A stretch of DNA of 64,000 bases from Candidatus Rokuibacteriota bacterium (GCA_005887895.1 VBPC01000173.1:3006-67005); one strand, 5' to 3'. Counted from the stretch's first letter, positions 32,269 through 42,424 are shown. A program made the numbers and translations. Notes: a model not told the origin generated them from the letters alone.

Positions 32269-32960
32269 CAGATCATCAGCAGCGTGCCGGTCACGTAGCC
32301 CGCGCTCTCGGCGGCGAGCGAGGCGACGGCGTCGGCGACGGCGGTGACGGGCACCCACGTCTTGGGGTCGGCGTTCGACATGGCGGCGCGATTGGCGGGC
32401 GTGTCCATCGTGCTGGGCAGCACGGCATTGACCGTGATGCCGTGCGGCTTCACCTCCTGGGAGAGCGCCTGGGCCAGGGCGATCACGCCGGCCTTGGCGA
32501 CCGTGTAGGCGATGAAGCCGCCCGCCGGCGGAACCACCGCGCGCGAGGCGATCATCACGACGCGGCCGGCGCCGGCGGCGATCATGTGCGGCAGCGTCGC
32601 GCGCGCGGCCGTGAACGCCGTCGTCAGGTTGAGCGCGAGCATGGTATCCCAGGTGGCGCGATCGGTCTCGACGAGACGGCCGCCGGCGAAGCCGCCCACC
32701 CCGGTGACCAGGACGTCGAGGCGCCGGTGGCGCTCGACCAGCGCCGCGGTCAGTCGCGCCATGGCGGCCTCATCGCTCACGTCGCAGCGCTCCAGGGTCA
32801 GGCGCGCGCGCGCGGCGGCGTCCACCGAGGCCTGCAGCCGCTCGCGCTCGCTCTCCACGATCCACGGCACACAGACGGCGGCGCCGTCGGCGAGGAAGCG
32901 GTGGACGACCGCCTGGCCGAGCGCGCCGCTGCCGCCAGTGACGAGGGCCACGCGGGCCAC
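32268..32960 (-). CDS. SDR-family short-chain dehydrogenase/reductase
   Basis: The NAD(P)-binding motif is ALVTGGSGALGQAV. The catalytic YxxxK is YTVAKAGV, with a conserved NAVLP block. Confidence 0.8.
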   Translation of the reverse strand: MARVALVTGGSGALGQAVVHRFLADGAAVCVPWIVESERERLQASVDAAARARLTLERCDVSDEAAMARLTAALVERHRRLDVLVTGVGGFAGGRLVETDRATWDTMLALNLTTAFTAARATLPHMIAAGAGRVVMIASRAVVPPAGGFIAYTVAKAGVIALAQALSQEVKPHGITVNAVLPSTMDTPANRAAMSNADPKTWVPVTAVADAVASLAAESAGYVTGTLLMI

Positions 32961-32962
32961 GG

Positions 32963-33874
32963 CTACTCGGGCCCCGCCGGCGCCATCATGATCGCCGACC
33001 GCTGGATCTCGTCGTAGCGGACCTTCGACACGTCGAAGTCTTCGAGGTTCTCGCGCAGCTTCTTGAAGGTCTGCTCGAACGACGGCAGCGTCTTGCGCGC
33101 GCGCGTCAGGGGCGTGGTGCGCGCCAGCAGGTAGTTCTTCACGTAGGGATGGTTGATGCCGCGCTTCTTGACCCTGGCGACGACCTGGGCCAGCACCTCG
33201 TCGGCCGCCCGCACCATCTCCGCACGCTCGGTGCGGTCCACGAGGCCGCGGCGCAGCCCGCCCTTGAGGAATTTGTCCACCCGGCGGAGGATCGGCGCGA
33301 AGGCGCCTCCGGCGAAGCGCTTGTTCTGCTCGTAGAGCAGGCCCAGCGTGACGAAGTGGGCCGACTCGAACTGCAGCGCCCAGTCGTCCTCGGTGGAACT
33401 GGGCTGCTGCTCGGCCAGCGCCCGGTACATCCGGATGACCTCCAGCGACTTCTCCTTGAGGTTGTGCGCCTTCTCGGTGTTCAGCGGCAGCACCTGGAAC
33501 GCGACCTCCGGCTCCGGCACCAGGATCGCCGGAACGTAGTCGGCCTTCAGCTTGTCGAGCGCGGTCCGGCGATGGTTTCCGTTCGGCGTCCAGTAGACCC
33601 CCGCCTCCGGCGAAACGACGAGGATGGGGTCTACGAAGCGGTCGATCCGCTTGACCGCCTCGGTGAGCCGCTTGACGTGCGTCGGCGAGACGTCGCGCTG
33701 GTAGGGGCTGGCGACGACCTTCGCGCGGGGGAGCAGGACGAAGAGCTGCCAGTGCTCGCCGATCGGCTCCTGGTAGACCGCCAGCACGTGGCCGCCGTCG
33801 CGCTCGACCTGCTCGACCAGCGCGCGCGCGGCCTTGGAAGGCTCCCGGGCCGGGTACACCGCAAAGTCCGCCAT
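32963..33874 (-). CDS. ParB-like nuclease-domain protein (ParB/Srx superfamily, about 300 aa)
   Basis: The sequence VKRLTEAVKRIDRFVDPILVVSPEAGVYWTPNGNHRRTALDKL is the ParB N-terminal-like core, with a GNHRR variant of the DGQHR/GxxR motif. Confidence 0.5.
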   Translation of the reverse strand: MADFAVYPAREPSKAARALVEQVERDGGHVLAVYQEPIGEHWQLFVLLPRAKVVASPYQRDVSPTHVKRLTEAVKRIDRFVDPILVVSPEAGVYWTPNGNHRRTALDKLKADYVPAILVPEPEVAFQVLPLNTEKAHNLKEKSLEVIRMYRALAEQQPSSTEDDWALQFESAHFVTLGLLYEQNKRFAGGAFAPILRRVDKFLKGGLRRGLVDRTERAEMVRAADEVLAQVVARVKKRGINHPYVKNYLLARTTPLTRARKTLPSFEQTFKKLRENLEDFDVSKVRYDEIQRSAIMMAPAGPE

Positions 33875-33884
33875 GGCCCTGATC

Positions 33885-34877
33885 CTACGCCGGACTCGCC
33901 GTCACCGGCGCCACCCGTCGCCCGACGAGGCGGCGGGCGCCGCCGGCGATCCCGGCCGGCAGGAAGATGATGAAGACGATCAGCAGGACGCCGTAGATCG
34001 TCTCGGCCATGCCGAGGAACTTCAGGCCGAAGGCGATGCGCAAGCCCTCGGACAGGGCCGTGGTCAGCGCGGTGCCGATCAGCGGACCGAGCAGCGAGTA
34101 CATTCCGCCCAGCACGACGGCGAAGACGATCTTCAGCGAGACGCCGATGCCCGACAGCGTGTCGGGGTTCACGTAGGTGATGTACTGCGCGTAGAGCGCG
34201 CCGCCGAAGGCGGTGAGCGCGGCCGACGCGACGGTGATGCCGAGCTTGAAGCGGGTGACGTGGATGCCGACGGAGGCGGCGGCCGTCTCGTCCTCGCCGA
34301 TCGCCTCCAGCGCCGCGCGCGCCATCGAGCGGTCCACGCGGTGCCAGATCCAGAGGCCGGCCAGCCAGACGAGCAGCGCCGCGTAGTAGAAGACGCGCTT
34401 GTCGGCGAACTGGACCGCCAGCAGGGAGTCGCCGCCGGCGGTCTTCAGGGTGAGGCCGAGCGAGCCATCGGTGCAGTCGCGCTCGGCGATGATGAGCAGC
34501 CGCACGACCTCGCCGACGGCGAGGGTCACGAGGCCGAAGTAGTGACCGACCACGCGAAACCGGAAGCAGGGATAGCCGAGCACCAGCGCCACCAGCACGG
34601 CCAGCCCCACGCCGGCCGGCCCGCCCAGCCACGGCGTGAGCCGGAAGTGGTTCCAGAGCAGCACGGTGGTGTAGGCGCCGACGCCGAGAAACGCGCCGTG
34701 GCCGAGGGAGACGAGGCCGAAGCGGCCCATCAGCGACCACGCGCTGCCGATGAAGGCCCAGATGAAGATCTGGATCGCGACGTGCAGGACGTACTGGCGC
34801 ATGCCGCCCATGGGCACGAACGGCGCGCCGACGAGCGCGGCGATCGCCAGCGCGGCGGCCAGGCGGGGGCCGCTCAT
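33885..34877 (-). CDS. livM: Branched-chain amino acid ABC transporter permease (LivM-type)
   Basis: The protein has 8-9 TM helices and the block GHGAFLGVGAYTTVLL. Its start overlaps the livH stop (ATGA). Confidence 0.8.
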   Translation of the reverse strand: MSGPRLAAALAIAALVGAPFVPMGGMRQYVLHVAIQIFIWAFIGSAWSLMGRFGLVSLGHGAFLGVGAYTTVLLWNHFRLTPWLGGPAGVGLAVLVALVLGYPCFRFRVVGHYFGLVTLAVGEVVRLLIIAERDCTDGSLGLTLKTAGGDSLLAVQFADKRVFYYAALLVWLAGLWIWHRVDRSMARAALEAIGEDETAAASVGIHVTRFKLGITVASAALTAFGGALYAQYITYVNPDTLSGIGVSLKIVFAVVLGGMYSLLGPLIGTALTTALSEGLRIAFGLKFLGMAETIYGVLLIVFIIFLPAGIAGGARRLVGRRVAPVTASPA

Positions 34878-35737
34878 TCGCGCCTGGCCAGGATGCCGCC
34901 CGGCCGCGCGAACATCACGACGATGAACACCACGAAGGCGATGACGTAGCCCATCTCGGTGGAGAACATCACGCCCCCGATGGCGATGATCTCGCTCATC
35001 ACGAACGAGGCCACGAAGGCGCCGACCATGTTGCCGAGCCCGCCCAGCACGCAGATCATGAACGTGAGCGGTCCGAACTGGCCGCCGAAGAACGGGTGGA
35101 CCGAGTACTGGAACGACAGCAGCGTGGCGGCGAGGCCGGCCATCGCGCCGCCGACGGCCGAGGTGACGACGTAGACGCGCTGGGGGTTGGCGCCCATGAG
35201 CGCCATCGCGTCCCGGTCCTGGGAGACCGCGCGGATCGCGGTGCCGATGTACGTGTGGCGCAGGAAGAGGTAGAGGGCCAGCATGGCCAGGATCGAGATC
35301 GCGAAGGGGATGACCCGCGTGAACGGCAGGAAGATGCCGCCGATCTCCACGCTGGGCAGGCTCAGCCGCACCGACCGGTGGTCGGTCGTCCACAGGAACG
35401 TCGCGAACGACTGCAGGAAGAAGAGCAGCCCGCCGGTGGCCAGCAGCTGGTTGATCGGCGCGCTGGTCAGGATCGGCGAGATGATCAGCAGGTGCACCGC
35501 GATGCCGAGCAGGGCGCCGACCACGAGCGTGGCCGGCCCGGCCACCCACACCGACCAGCCGTGCCCCTGCACCATGAAGTAGAAGGCGTACATCGCCAGC
35601 ATGACGAGGTCGACGTAGGCGATCCACACGATGTCGAGCACGCCGAAGATCAGGTTGAGGCCGAGCGCGAGGACGGCGAGGACGCCGCCCAGCAGGATGC
35701 CGTTGATGGCGGCCTCGACGAGGAAGATCGGATCCAT
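34874..35737 (-). CDS. livH: Branched-chain amino acid ABC transporter permease (LivH-type)
   Basis: The blocks are MDPIFLVEAAINGILLGGVLAVLALGLNLIFGVL and YIGTAIRAVSQDRDAMALMG. Confidence 0.8.
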   Translation of the reverse strand: MDPIFLVEAAINGILLGGVLAVLALGLNLIFGVLDIVWIAYVDLVMLAMYAFYFMVQGHGWSVWVAGPATLVVGALLGIAVHLLIISPILTSAPINQLLATGGLLFFLQSFATFLWTTDHRSVRLSLPSVEIGGIFLPFTRVIPFAISILAMLALYLFLRHTYIGTAIRAVSQDRDAMALMGANPQRVYVVTSAVGGAMAGLAATLLSFQYSVHPFFGGQFGPLTFMICVLGGLGNMVGAFVASFVMSEIIAIGGVMFSTEMGYVIAFVVFIVVMFARPGGILARRE

Positions 35738-36441
35738 CAGAGGCCCATGTACGCCTTGCGCACGAAATCCTGCTCGCTCAGCAACTCGGCGCGTCCCTCC
35801 ATGCGGATGCGCCCGACCTCCAGCAGGTAGGCGCGGTCGACGAGCTTCAGCACCTGACGGACGTTCTGCTCGACGACGAGGATCGTGTAGCCCTCCGCAC
35901 GGACGCGCCGGATGAGGTCGAACAGGCGGAACACCATGACCGGGGCCAGGCCCATGGACGGCTCGTCCAGCAGGATCAGCTTGGGCCGCGACATGAGCGC
36001 GCGGCCGATCGCGAGCATCTGCTGCTCGCCGCCCGAGAGGCTGCCGGCCCGCTGCGCGCGGCGCTCGGCGAGGACCGGAAAGAGCCCGTAGACTCGCTCG
36101 AGGCTCTGGCGATACGCGCGGCGGGCCGGCGGCAGGAAGGCGCCCATCTTGAGGTTCTCGGCGACGGTGAGGCCGGGGAAGATCCGGCGGCCCTCGGGAA
36201 CGTGGGCGATGCCGTGGGCCACGATCTGATGGGCCCGCCGGCCCGTGAGCGGCGTTCCCTCGAAGACGAGCTCACCGCCGCGCGACGGCACGAGTCCCGA
36301 GATGACCCGCATCAGCGTCGTCTTGCCGGCGCCGTTCGGCCCGACCACGGCGACCGCCTCGCCGGCGGCGACTGTCAGGCTGACGTCCCACAACGCGGTG
36401 AACGCGCCGTACCCCGCCGTGACCCGACGGACCTCGAGCAT
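35737..36441 (-). CDS. livF: ABC transporter ATP-binding protein (LivF-type)
   Basis: Walker A is GPNGAGKTT, the ABC signature is LSGGEQQMLAIGRAL, and Walker B is LILLDEPS. Confidence 0.85.
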   Translation of the reverse strand: MLEVRRVTAGYGAFTALWDVSLTVAAGEAVAVVGPNGAGKTTLMRVISGLVPSRGGELVFEGTPLTGRRAHQIVAHGIAHVPEGRRIFPGLTVAENLKMGAFLPPARRAYRQSLERVYGLFPVLAERRAQRAGSLSGGEQQMLAIGRALMSRPKLILLDEPSMGLAPVMVFRLFDLIRRVRAEGYTILVVEQNVRQVLKLVDRAYLLEVGRIRMEGRAELLSEQDFVRKAYMGL

Positions 36442-37172
36442 CAGGCCAGGACGAGCTTCTCGCCGAGGTACGCCTCGATCACGCGCGGATCCTCCGCGAC
36501 CTGGCGCGGCACGCCCTCGGCGATCTTCTCGCCGTGATCGAGGACGACGATGCGATCGACCACGCGCATGAGCATGGCCATGATGTGCTCGACCCAGACG
36601 ATCGTGATCCGGTACTGGTCGCGCACGCGCTTGAGCATCTCGGCGGCGTCGTGCATCTCGGCGGGATCGAGGCCGCCGAGGCTCTCGTCGGCCAGCAGCA
36701 GCCGGGGGCCGGTGGCGAGCGCGCGGGCCAGCTCCAGCTTCTTGAGGCCCCCGGCGCCGAGCAGTGTCGTGGACGCGGCGCCGTCGGTCGGCAGCCCCAC
36801 CAGCTCGAGGATCTCGCGCGCCCGCGCGCGGGCGGCCGCCTCGCTGGAGCGCTTCGCCGCCCCGTAGTGCGCCGCGACCGCGACGTTGTCCAGGATCGAG
36901 AGCTTGCGGAACGGCCGCGGGATCTGGAACGTCCGCGCCACGCCGTGGTGGCAGATCGCGTCGGGCGTCAGCCCGGCCAGCTCCTCGTCGCGGAAGCGGA
37001 TCGAGCCCGAGGTCGGCACCAGCGCTCCCGACACGCAATTGAACAGCGTCGTCTTGCCCGAGCCGTTCGGCCCGATCAGCCCGAGAATCTCCCTCTCGCG
37101 CACCTCGAACGACACGCCGTTGAGCGCCATGAAGCCGCCGAACTGCTTCGTCAGGCCGGTGACAGTGAGCAC
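36441..37172 (-). CDS. livG: ABC transporter ATP-binding protein (LivG-type)
   Basis: Walker A is GPNGSGKTT, the signature variant is LGGLKKLELARAL, and Walker B is LLLADESL. Confidence 0.85.
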   Translation of the reverse strand: MLTVTGLTKQFGGFMALNGVSFEVREREILGLIGPNGSGKTTLFNCVSGALVPTSGSIRFRDEELAGLTPDAICHHGVARTFQIPRPFRKLSILDNVAVAAHYGAAKRSSEAAARARAREILELVGLPTDGAASTTLLGAGGLKKLELARALATGPRLLLADESLGGLDPAEMHDAAEMLKRVRDQYRITIVWVEHIMAMLMRVVDRIVVLDHGEKIAEGVPRQVAEDPRVIEAYLGEKLVLA

Positions 37173-37222
37173 GGGACCGATCGGCGCCCGAGCGTGGCGC
37201 TCCGGCGGCGACGTCTCCTAAC

Positions 37223-38548
37223 TCAGCGCGCGGCCCAGGGCGAGGAAGGTGGCAGCAGCACCGGCGGATTGCCCAGGCTGGCGACCACCGGTGGATAGAC
37301 GTGCTTCAGGCCGCCCTCGACGACCTGGAAGACGGCGGCGATCGCGCGCAGGTTCTGCCCCGCCATCGGATGCCCGGGCGGCTGGAACTTCACGCCGTAG
37401 CCCTGCAGCGTCCCGCCTTCCGGAATGTCCGTCTCGCGCGCGGCGGCCGCGAGGGCGTCGGCCGAGAAGCCGCCGTGCTTCTGGATGGCCCGCGGCAGCA
37501 CGTCGTTCAGGAGGATCCACATGTTGTTGAAGCCCATCGAGACGTGCGGCGCGATCTGGGCGGCCGGGATGTTCGGCTCGAAGGCCTTGTAGCGCTTGAG
37601 CATCTCCTGCGTGAGGTCCGCCACGCCCGGCCGCAGCTTCTTGGGATCGATCAGCTGAGCCGCGGGCGGATCGACCGTGTGGAAGCCCTCCACGTCGGGG
37701 CCGAAGGCTTCCTTGAGCTTGTCGAGCTGACTGTGACCGGCGCCATGGCCGATGTAGATCTTCACGCGGAGCCCCTGCTCGCGGGCCTGGCGGAGGAAGA
37801 GCGAGATGTCCGGGGCGTAGCCGGTGTGGAGCAGCACGTCGGGCCGGGCGGCCCGCAGCTTCGTCACGAGGGAGGAGAGATCGGGCGACTGGATCGAGAA
37901 GCCCTCCTTCAGCACGATCTGCATGCCCTGCTTCTTCGCCTCCGCCTCGTTGGCGGCGGCGACGCCGGTCCCATAGGGACCGTCCTCGTGGATGATGGCG
38001 ACGCGGACGTCCCGGGGCGCCTTCTTCAGCTTCTCCTGGGAGTAATGCGCCACGTACTGGACAGAATTCTCGCCGAAGAGGCTGCCGTTCGGCTGCGGGC
38101 GGAACGTGTACTGGAGGTTGCGGTCCTTGAGCACGGCGTCGGCGATGGCGGTGGTGATCCACAGGAACTTCTTCTGCTTGTCCACCTTCTCGGCCAGCGG
38201 CACCGCGTGGGCCGAGGAATAGATGCCGGCCAGGATGTCGACCTTCTCGGCGTTCAGCAACCGCTCGGCCTCGTTGATGGCCACCTCGGCCTTCGACTGG
38301 CCGTCGGCGTCGACCTGGACGATCTTGTACTTGCCGAGCACCCCGCCCTTCTCGTTGACGTAATCGATCAGCATCTTGGCGCCGCGCCAGCAGTTGAGCG
38401 AGCCGCCGGCCGCGAACGCGCCGGTGTGATCGAAGAGCACCCCGATCTTGATCGTCTGTCCCTGCGCCGCCGCCGGTCGCGTGCCGGACGCGCCGACGGC
38501 CACGGCGAGCAGCAGCACGAGCAGCAGGGCGACGCGGGTGGACTTCAC
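37223..38548 (-). CDS. ABC transporter substrate-binding protein (LivK/Leu-Ile-Val-binding family, periplasmic)
   Basis: A GAGGAGG ribosome-binding site precedes the GTG start. A signal peptide is followed by the type-I periplasmic binding fold (IKIGVLFDHTGAFAAGGS...). Confidence 0.75.
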   Translation of the reverse strand: MKSTRVALLLVLLLAVAVGASGTRPAAAQGQTIKIGVLFDHTGAFAAGGSLNCWRGAKMLIDYVNEKGGVLGKYKIVQVDADGQSKAEVAINEAERLLNAEKVDILAGIYSSAHAVPLAEKVDKQKKFLWITTAIADAVLKDRNLQYTFRPQPNGSLFGENSVQYVAHYSQEKLKKAPRDVRVAIIHEDGPYGTGVAAANEAEAKKQGMQIVLKEGFSIQSPDLSSLVTKLRAARPDVLLHTGYAPDISLFLRQAREQGLRVKIYIGHGAGHSQLDKLKEAFGPDVEGFHTVDPPAAQLIDPKKLRPGVADLTQEMLKRYKAFEPNIPAAQIAPHVSMGFNNMWILLNDVLPRAIQKHGGFSADALAAAARETDIPEGGTLQGYGVKFQPPGHPMAGQNLRAIAAVFQVVEGGLKHVYPPVVASLGNPPVLLPPSSPWAAR

Positions 38549-38589
38549 GACGACCTCCTCGGCGGGACGTGGACTGCAGGGTATCACAG

Positions 38590-39192
38590 TCACCGGTGGC
38601 GGCGCGCCAGCACCATCCACTCGCGACCCTGGCGGGCGCGCGCCGAGCGCAGCGGCGGGAACGCACGCTCCAGGCGAAAGGCCGGCGCGAACAACCGGCG
38701 GATCTCGGACGCCGACACCGTGAACGGCGGCCCCGCGGTCTGCGCCCGCAGCGGGAAGAAGCAGGCGAGCAGCCAGCCGCCCGGCCGCAGGATGGCGGCC
38801 ATCGTCCGCACGTAGTCGGCGCGGCGCGCGGGATCGATCGCGCAGAAGCACGTGTACTCCCACACGCCGTCGAAGGCGTGGGCGTGGTCGAGCGCCAGCG
38901 TGAAGACGTCGCGCTGCTCGAACGCGACGTCGACGCCCTCGCGCCGGGCCAGCGCGCGCGCGGCCGTCACCGCGGCCGTCGAGAAGTCGAAGCCGGTGAC
39001 GTCGTAACCGTGCGCGGCCAGGAACCGCGCGTCGTGGCCGCGGCCGCAGCCCGGCACCGCGACGCGGCCGCGGGCCGGCGGCGTGGTCTCGACGAAATCC
39101 ACGAGCGGAGGCGCCGCGCGGCCGAGCTCCCAGCCGTCGCCGCCGGTGGCGTAGAGCCGCTCCCAGAACTCCGGCGTGCTCACACGGGCCAT
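38590..39192 (-). CDS. SAM-dependent methyltransferase (TPMT / tellurite-methyltransferase-like)
   Basis: The N-terminus PEFWERLYATGGDGWELG and the SAM motif I block VAVPGCGRGHDARFLA match this family. Confidence 0.55.
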   Translation of the reverse strand: MARVSTPEFWERLYATGGDGWELGRAAPPLVDFVETTPPARGRVAVPGCGRGHDARFLAAHGYDVTGFDFSTAAVTAARALARREGVDVAFEQRDVFTLALDHAHAFDGVWEYTCFCAIDPARRADYVRTMAAILRPGGWLLACFFPLRAQTAGPPFTVSASEIRRLFAPAFRLERAFPPLRSARARQGREWMVLARRHR

Positions 39193-39836
39193 GCGAAGCC
39201 CTGGAAATCCGTGATGGCGCGCTCGGCGCCGGCGCCGACCAGCTCGCGGCCGGTGTGGGCGGTGGTCACGCCGATGACGCGCATGCCGGCGTTGCGAGCG
39301 GCGTGGACGCCCACCAGCGAGTCCTCGAACACGAGACACGTGCGCGGCGGCAGCGCGATCCCGGCCGCCGCCTTCAGATAGACCTCCGGGTTCGGCTTGC
39401 CCCACTGCACGTCCTCGGCGGTGACGATCGTCCCGAAGTGTTGCCGCAGGCCGACCTCGCCCAGGAGCACCTCGGCGTCGCGCCGTGACGCCGAGGTCGC
39501 CACTGCCCGCGGCACGTCCAGCCGCACGAGGACCTCGACGAAGGCCGGCGCGCCGGGGATCGCCACCATGCCGCGGGCGGTCAGCTGCGTGTAGAGCTCG
39601 CGCTTGCGCGCGGCGAGCGCCACCGCCTCCTCGCGGGCGACCGCGCGGCCGAGCAGGAGCGGCACCGCCTCCTCGGCCGGGCGGCCGATGGTGAGGCGCC
39701 AGTAGTCCGGCGGCGGCTCGACGCCCATGTCGCCGAGCAGGAGGCGCCAGGCGTCGCGATGGTGGGCGCCGGAATCGATCAGGACGCCATCCATGTCGAA
39801 GATGACGCCCCGCGCGTCGGCGGCGCGAACGCTCAC
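39180..39836 (-). CDS. HAD-superfamily hydrolase (subfamily IA, beta-phosphoglucomutase-like)
   Basis: Motif I is IFDMDGVLIDS, motif II is ATSASRRD, and motif III/IV is GKPNPEVY...FEDSLVGVHAARNAGM. Confidence 0.75.
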   Translation of the reverse strand: MSVRAADARGVIFDMDGVLIDSGAHHRDAWRLLLGDMGVEPPPDYWRLTIGRPAEEAVPLLLGRAVAREEAVALAARKRELYTQLTARGMVAIPGAPAFVEVLVRLDVPRAVATSASRRDAEVLLGEVGLRQHFGTIVTAEDVQWGKPNPEVYLKAAAGIALPPRTCLVFEDSLVGVHAARNAGMRVIGVTTAHTGRELVGAGAERAITDFQGFAWPV

Positions 39837-40465
39837 GACCGGAGGCGATAGAGCGGCGCGAGCATCCGGAAGGTTTCCAGCGCGGCGCTGCGATACTGCG
39901 CCTCGGTCCAGCGGGCCGCCTCGTCGGCCGGGACGGCGCGGCCCAGGACGAGCTGGCCGTCGCGCGTGCGCATCAGCTCGTCGGCCAGCCCGGCCAGCTG
40001 GTCGGGCGTGAGATCGGCCAGCGGTGTCGCCGGCGCCTCGTCGTGCTCGTTCTTGAACCAGGCCAGCCCGCGCACCCGTCGGAGCACCGGCCCGAGCTTG
40101 CCGGCGCTGCGCTTCCAGGCGCTCGCCCAGCGCTTCTTGTCGGCGTGCTCGGGCCCGACCTCGAAGAGGAAGCGCACGCAGTGACGCGATACCGCCACCT
40201 TGAAGTGGCCGTGCTTCTTGTAGCCGCGCGTGTCGGGGCCAAAGGCCACCCACGTGTCGTCGGGCGCGTTCACCGTGCGGCGGGCGTGCCTGGCGACGTG
40301 GGCGAAGCTGGGCCCGCCGGTGGCGCGGCTCACGCCGGGCGCCAGGCTGTGGCCCAGCGCCTCCAGCTTGGGCCGGATGCGGCCGCGGATCTCCGTCATG
40401 CGCGGCTGGAAGCCCTTCACGTCGAACACCCTGAAGTCTCCGGCGTTGAACGCGGCAGCGGGCAT
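39833..40465 (-). CDS. Hypothetical protein (DUF1054/YktB-like, low confidence)
   Basis: The protein is 211 aa and has the His/Arg-rich blocks FAHVARHARRTV and GYKKHGHFKV. The family assignment rests on memory of the pattern only. Confidence 0.35.
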   Translation of the reverse strand: MPAAAFNAGDFRVFDVKGFQPRMTEIRGRIRPKLEALGHSLAPGVSRATGGPSFAHVARHARRTVNAPDDTWVAFGPDTRGYKKHGHFKVAVSRHCVRFLFEVGPEHADKKRWASAWKRSAGKLGPVLRRVRGLAWFKNEHDEAPATPLADLTPDQLAGLADELMRTRDGQLVLGRAVPADEAARWTEAQYRSAALETFRMLAPLYRLRS

Positions 40466-40490
40466 CGGCGTCTCCCTGGTGGCGTCGCTG

Positions 40491-41954
40491 TTACAGGTCG
40501 TCGAGGGGGAAGATCGGCCGCCGCACGTGCGCGAACGGGAACCGTCCCAGATTGGAAGAAGACAGCCCGGGCGCGTCGACCTCGAGGATCGCGCGGGCGA
40601 TCGGCTCGAACGCGGCACGGTAGTGCACGGAGGATTTCACCACCAGGAGCTTCTCGGCGGCGGGATCGATGCCGACGAAGCGGATCATCTCGGGGTCGAG
40701 CGTCTGCCACCGGTGGGAGATGAGGATGATCTTGACGTCGTTGACGTCGAGCACGGCGGTCGTCCCCAGCCGGCCCTCCAGCCCGCGGCACATCGGTCCC
40801 TTGTGGACGAAGCGACCGTCGGAGAGCGTGCGGACACGGCCGGTCACGGCCAGCGGCGCACCGTGACGCGGATCGATCCGGCCGCCGACCGCGAGGCTCA
40901 CGGTGGCGCCGACGCCGGCGTCGGCGCACGCGCGCGCGGCCGGCGGATCCCACAGGCACGCCACCGTCGCGCTGCGGGCGCCCACCCGCAGCAGCTCTCT
41001 CAGGATGCCGGTGGTGTCACCGGCGGCGCCGCCGCCGGTGTTGTCGGCGATATCGGCCAGCACGACCGGCCGGCCGTCGAGGGCCAGCGCCCGCGCGACC
41101 GCGTCCTTCACCGACAGCGCGGTGTGCAGGAACTCGCGGCGCAGCGCCCACGCCGCTTCGGCCAGCTCGTCGGCCAGTGCGTCGGCCAGCGCCTGGTCGC
41201 GATCGGTCGCCACGTAGATCGACAGTCCGGCGTCGTGGATGTCGGCCAGCGGGAACCCGGCGAACACCGAGATCGAGATCACGCCCGGCCGCCGCTCCAT
41301 CGTGTCGGCCAGATCGTAGAGCCGGCGCATCGGGCCCCGCGCGGTGGCCTGGCCCGCGATGGGCGGCAGCATCGGCGGCTGGCGGAAGGCGACGGTGGGC
41401 CGCAGGCGCCCGCCGGCCACGTCGGCCAGCCGCAGGGCCGCCTCGCGCCCGCGCGCGTCCATGTCGACGTGCGGATAGGTCTTGTAGCCGTGCAGCAGCG
41501 TGGCCGTCTCGACCATCGTGCGCGTGACGTTGGCGTGGAAATCGAGCGTGACCGCGATCGGCACCGATCCCACTGCGCCGCGCACGGCCTGCAGCAGGTC
41601 GCCCTCGCCGTCGTCGATGCCCTCGACCACCATCGCGCCGTGCAGGTCGAGCAGGACGCCGTCGAGCGGTCCCGCCGCGCGCAGGTCGGCCAGCAGCCGC
41701 TCGCGCGTCTCGGCGTAGAAGCTCTTGAGCACGCGGCCGGCCGGCGAGGCGGCCGCGGCCAGCGAGGGCACCAGGGTGACGCCGCGGGCGGCGGCGCCGT
41801 CGATCATCCCGCCCAGACAGGTGCCGGTGTCGCGGTAGGCTTCGAGGATCTCGCCGCCGTAGCGCAGGTCGCGCGCCTCGAACTGGCCACGATCGGTGGA
41901 GATGGGGCTGAACGTGTTGGTCTCATGCGAGACCATCGCGACGAAGAACCGCAC
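40491..41954 (-). CDS. M81-family metallopeptidase (MlrC microcystinase-like; DUF1485/DUF1446)
   Basis: The blocks are MRFFVAMVSHETNTFSP, LDLHGAMVVEG and IVLADIADNTGGGAAGDTTGIL. Confidence 0.7.
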   Translation of the reverse strand: MRFFVAMVSHETNTFSPISTDRGQFEARDLRYGGEILEAYRDTGTCLGGMIDGAAARGVTLVPSLAAAASPAGRVLKSFYAETRERLLADLRAAGPLDGVLLDLHGAMVVEGIDDGEGDLLQAVRGAVGSVPIAVTLDFHANVTRTMVETATLLHGYKTYPHVDMDARGREAALRLADVAGGRLRPTVAFRQPPMLPPIAGQATARGPMRRLYDLADTMERRPGVISISVFAGFPLADIHDAGLSIYVATDRDQALADALADELAEAAWALRREFLHTALSVKDAVARALALDGRPVVLADIADNTGGGAAGDTTGILRELLRVGARSATVACLWDPPAARACADAGVGATVSLAVGGRIDPRHGAPLAVTGRVRTLSDGRFVHKGPMCRGLEGRLGTTAVLDVNDVKIILISHRWQTLDPEMIRFVGIDPAAEKLLVVKSSVHYRAAFEPIARAILEVDAPGLSSSNLGRFPFAHVRRPIFPLDDL

Positions 41955-42046
41955 CCTGCCTCCTGACGCGCTCGACGCAGCTTCCCGGCGCCGCCGGCGG
42001 AGATAGTGTAAATGGTCGAGTCAGCCTGTTCAACGAGGAGGAGGTC

Positions 42047-42424
42047 ATGAGCGAGGGATCGTGCTTCCACAACCTGCGCGAGGGCGGCATCGTGCGCCAG
42101 CTGGCGGCCGGGGTGACCGCCCGCGTGTTCCCCGGCGTCAACGCCATGCTCTCGGTCGTCACCCTCGAGCCGCACTCGGTGTCGCCGCTGCACGCGCATC
42201 CCAACGAGCAGTGGGGCGTGTGTCTCGAGGGTGAGTGGGTACGGATCCAGGACGGCGTCGAGCATCACGTCAAGGCCGGCGACTTCTGGCAGACGCCGCC
42301 GAACGTCCCCCACGGCGGGCGCACGCTCGACTCTCGCTGCGTCGTGCTCGATATCTTCGCGCCGCCGCGCGAGGAATATCGCCAGGCCGGCAGCGGCCTC
42401 GGCTCCGCGACGCTCGCGCGCTGA
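42047..42424 (+). CDS. Cupin-domain protein
   Basis: A GAGGAGGAGG ribosome-binding site lies upstream. The cupin motifs are PHSVSPLHAHPNEQWGVCLEG and VPHGG. Confidence 0.7.
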   Translation: MSEGSCFHNLREGGIVRQLAAGVTARVFPGVNAMLSVVTLEPHSVSPLHAHPNEQWGVCLEGEWVRIQDGVEHHVKAGDFWQTPPNVPHGGRTLDSRCVVLDIFAPPREEYRQAGSGLGSATLAR

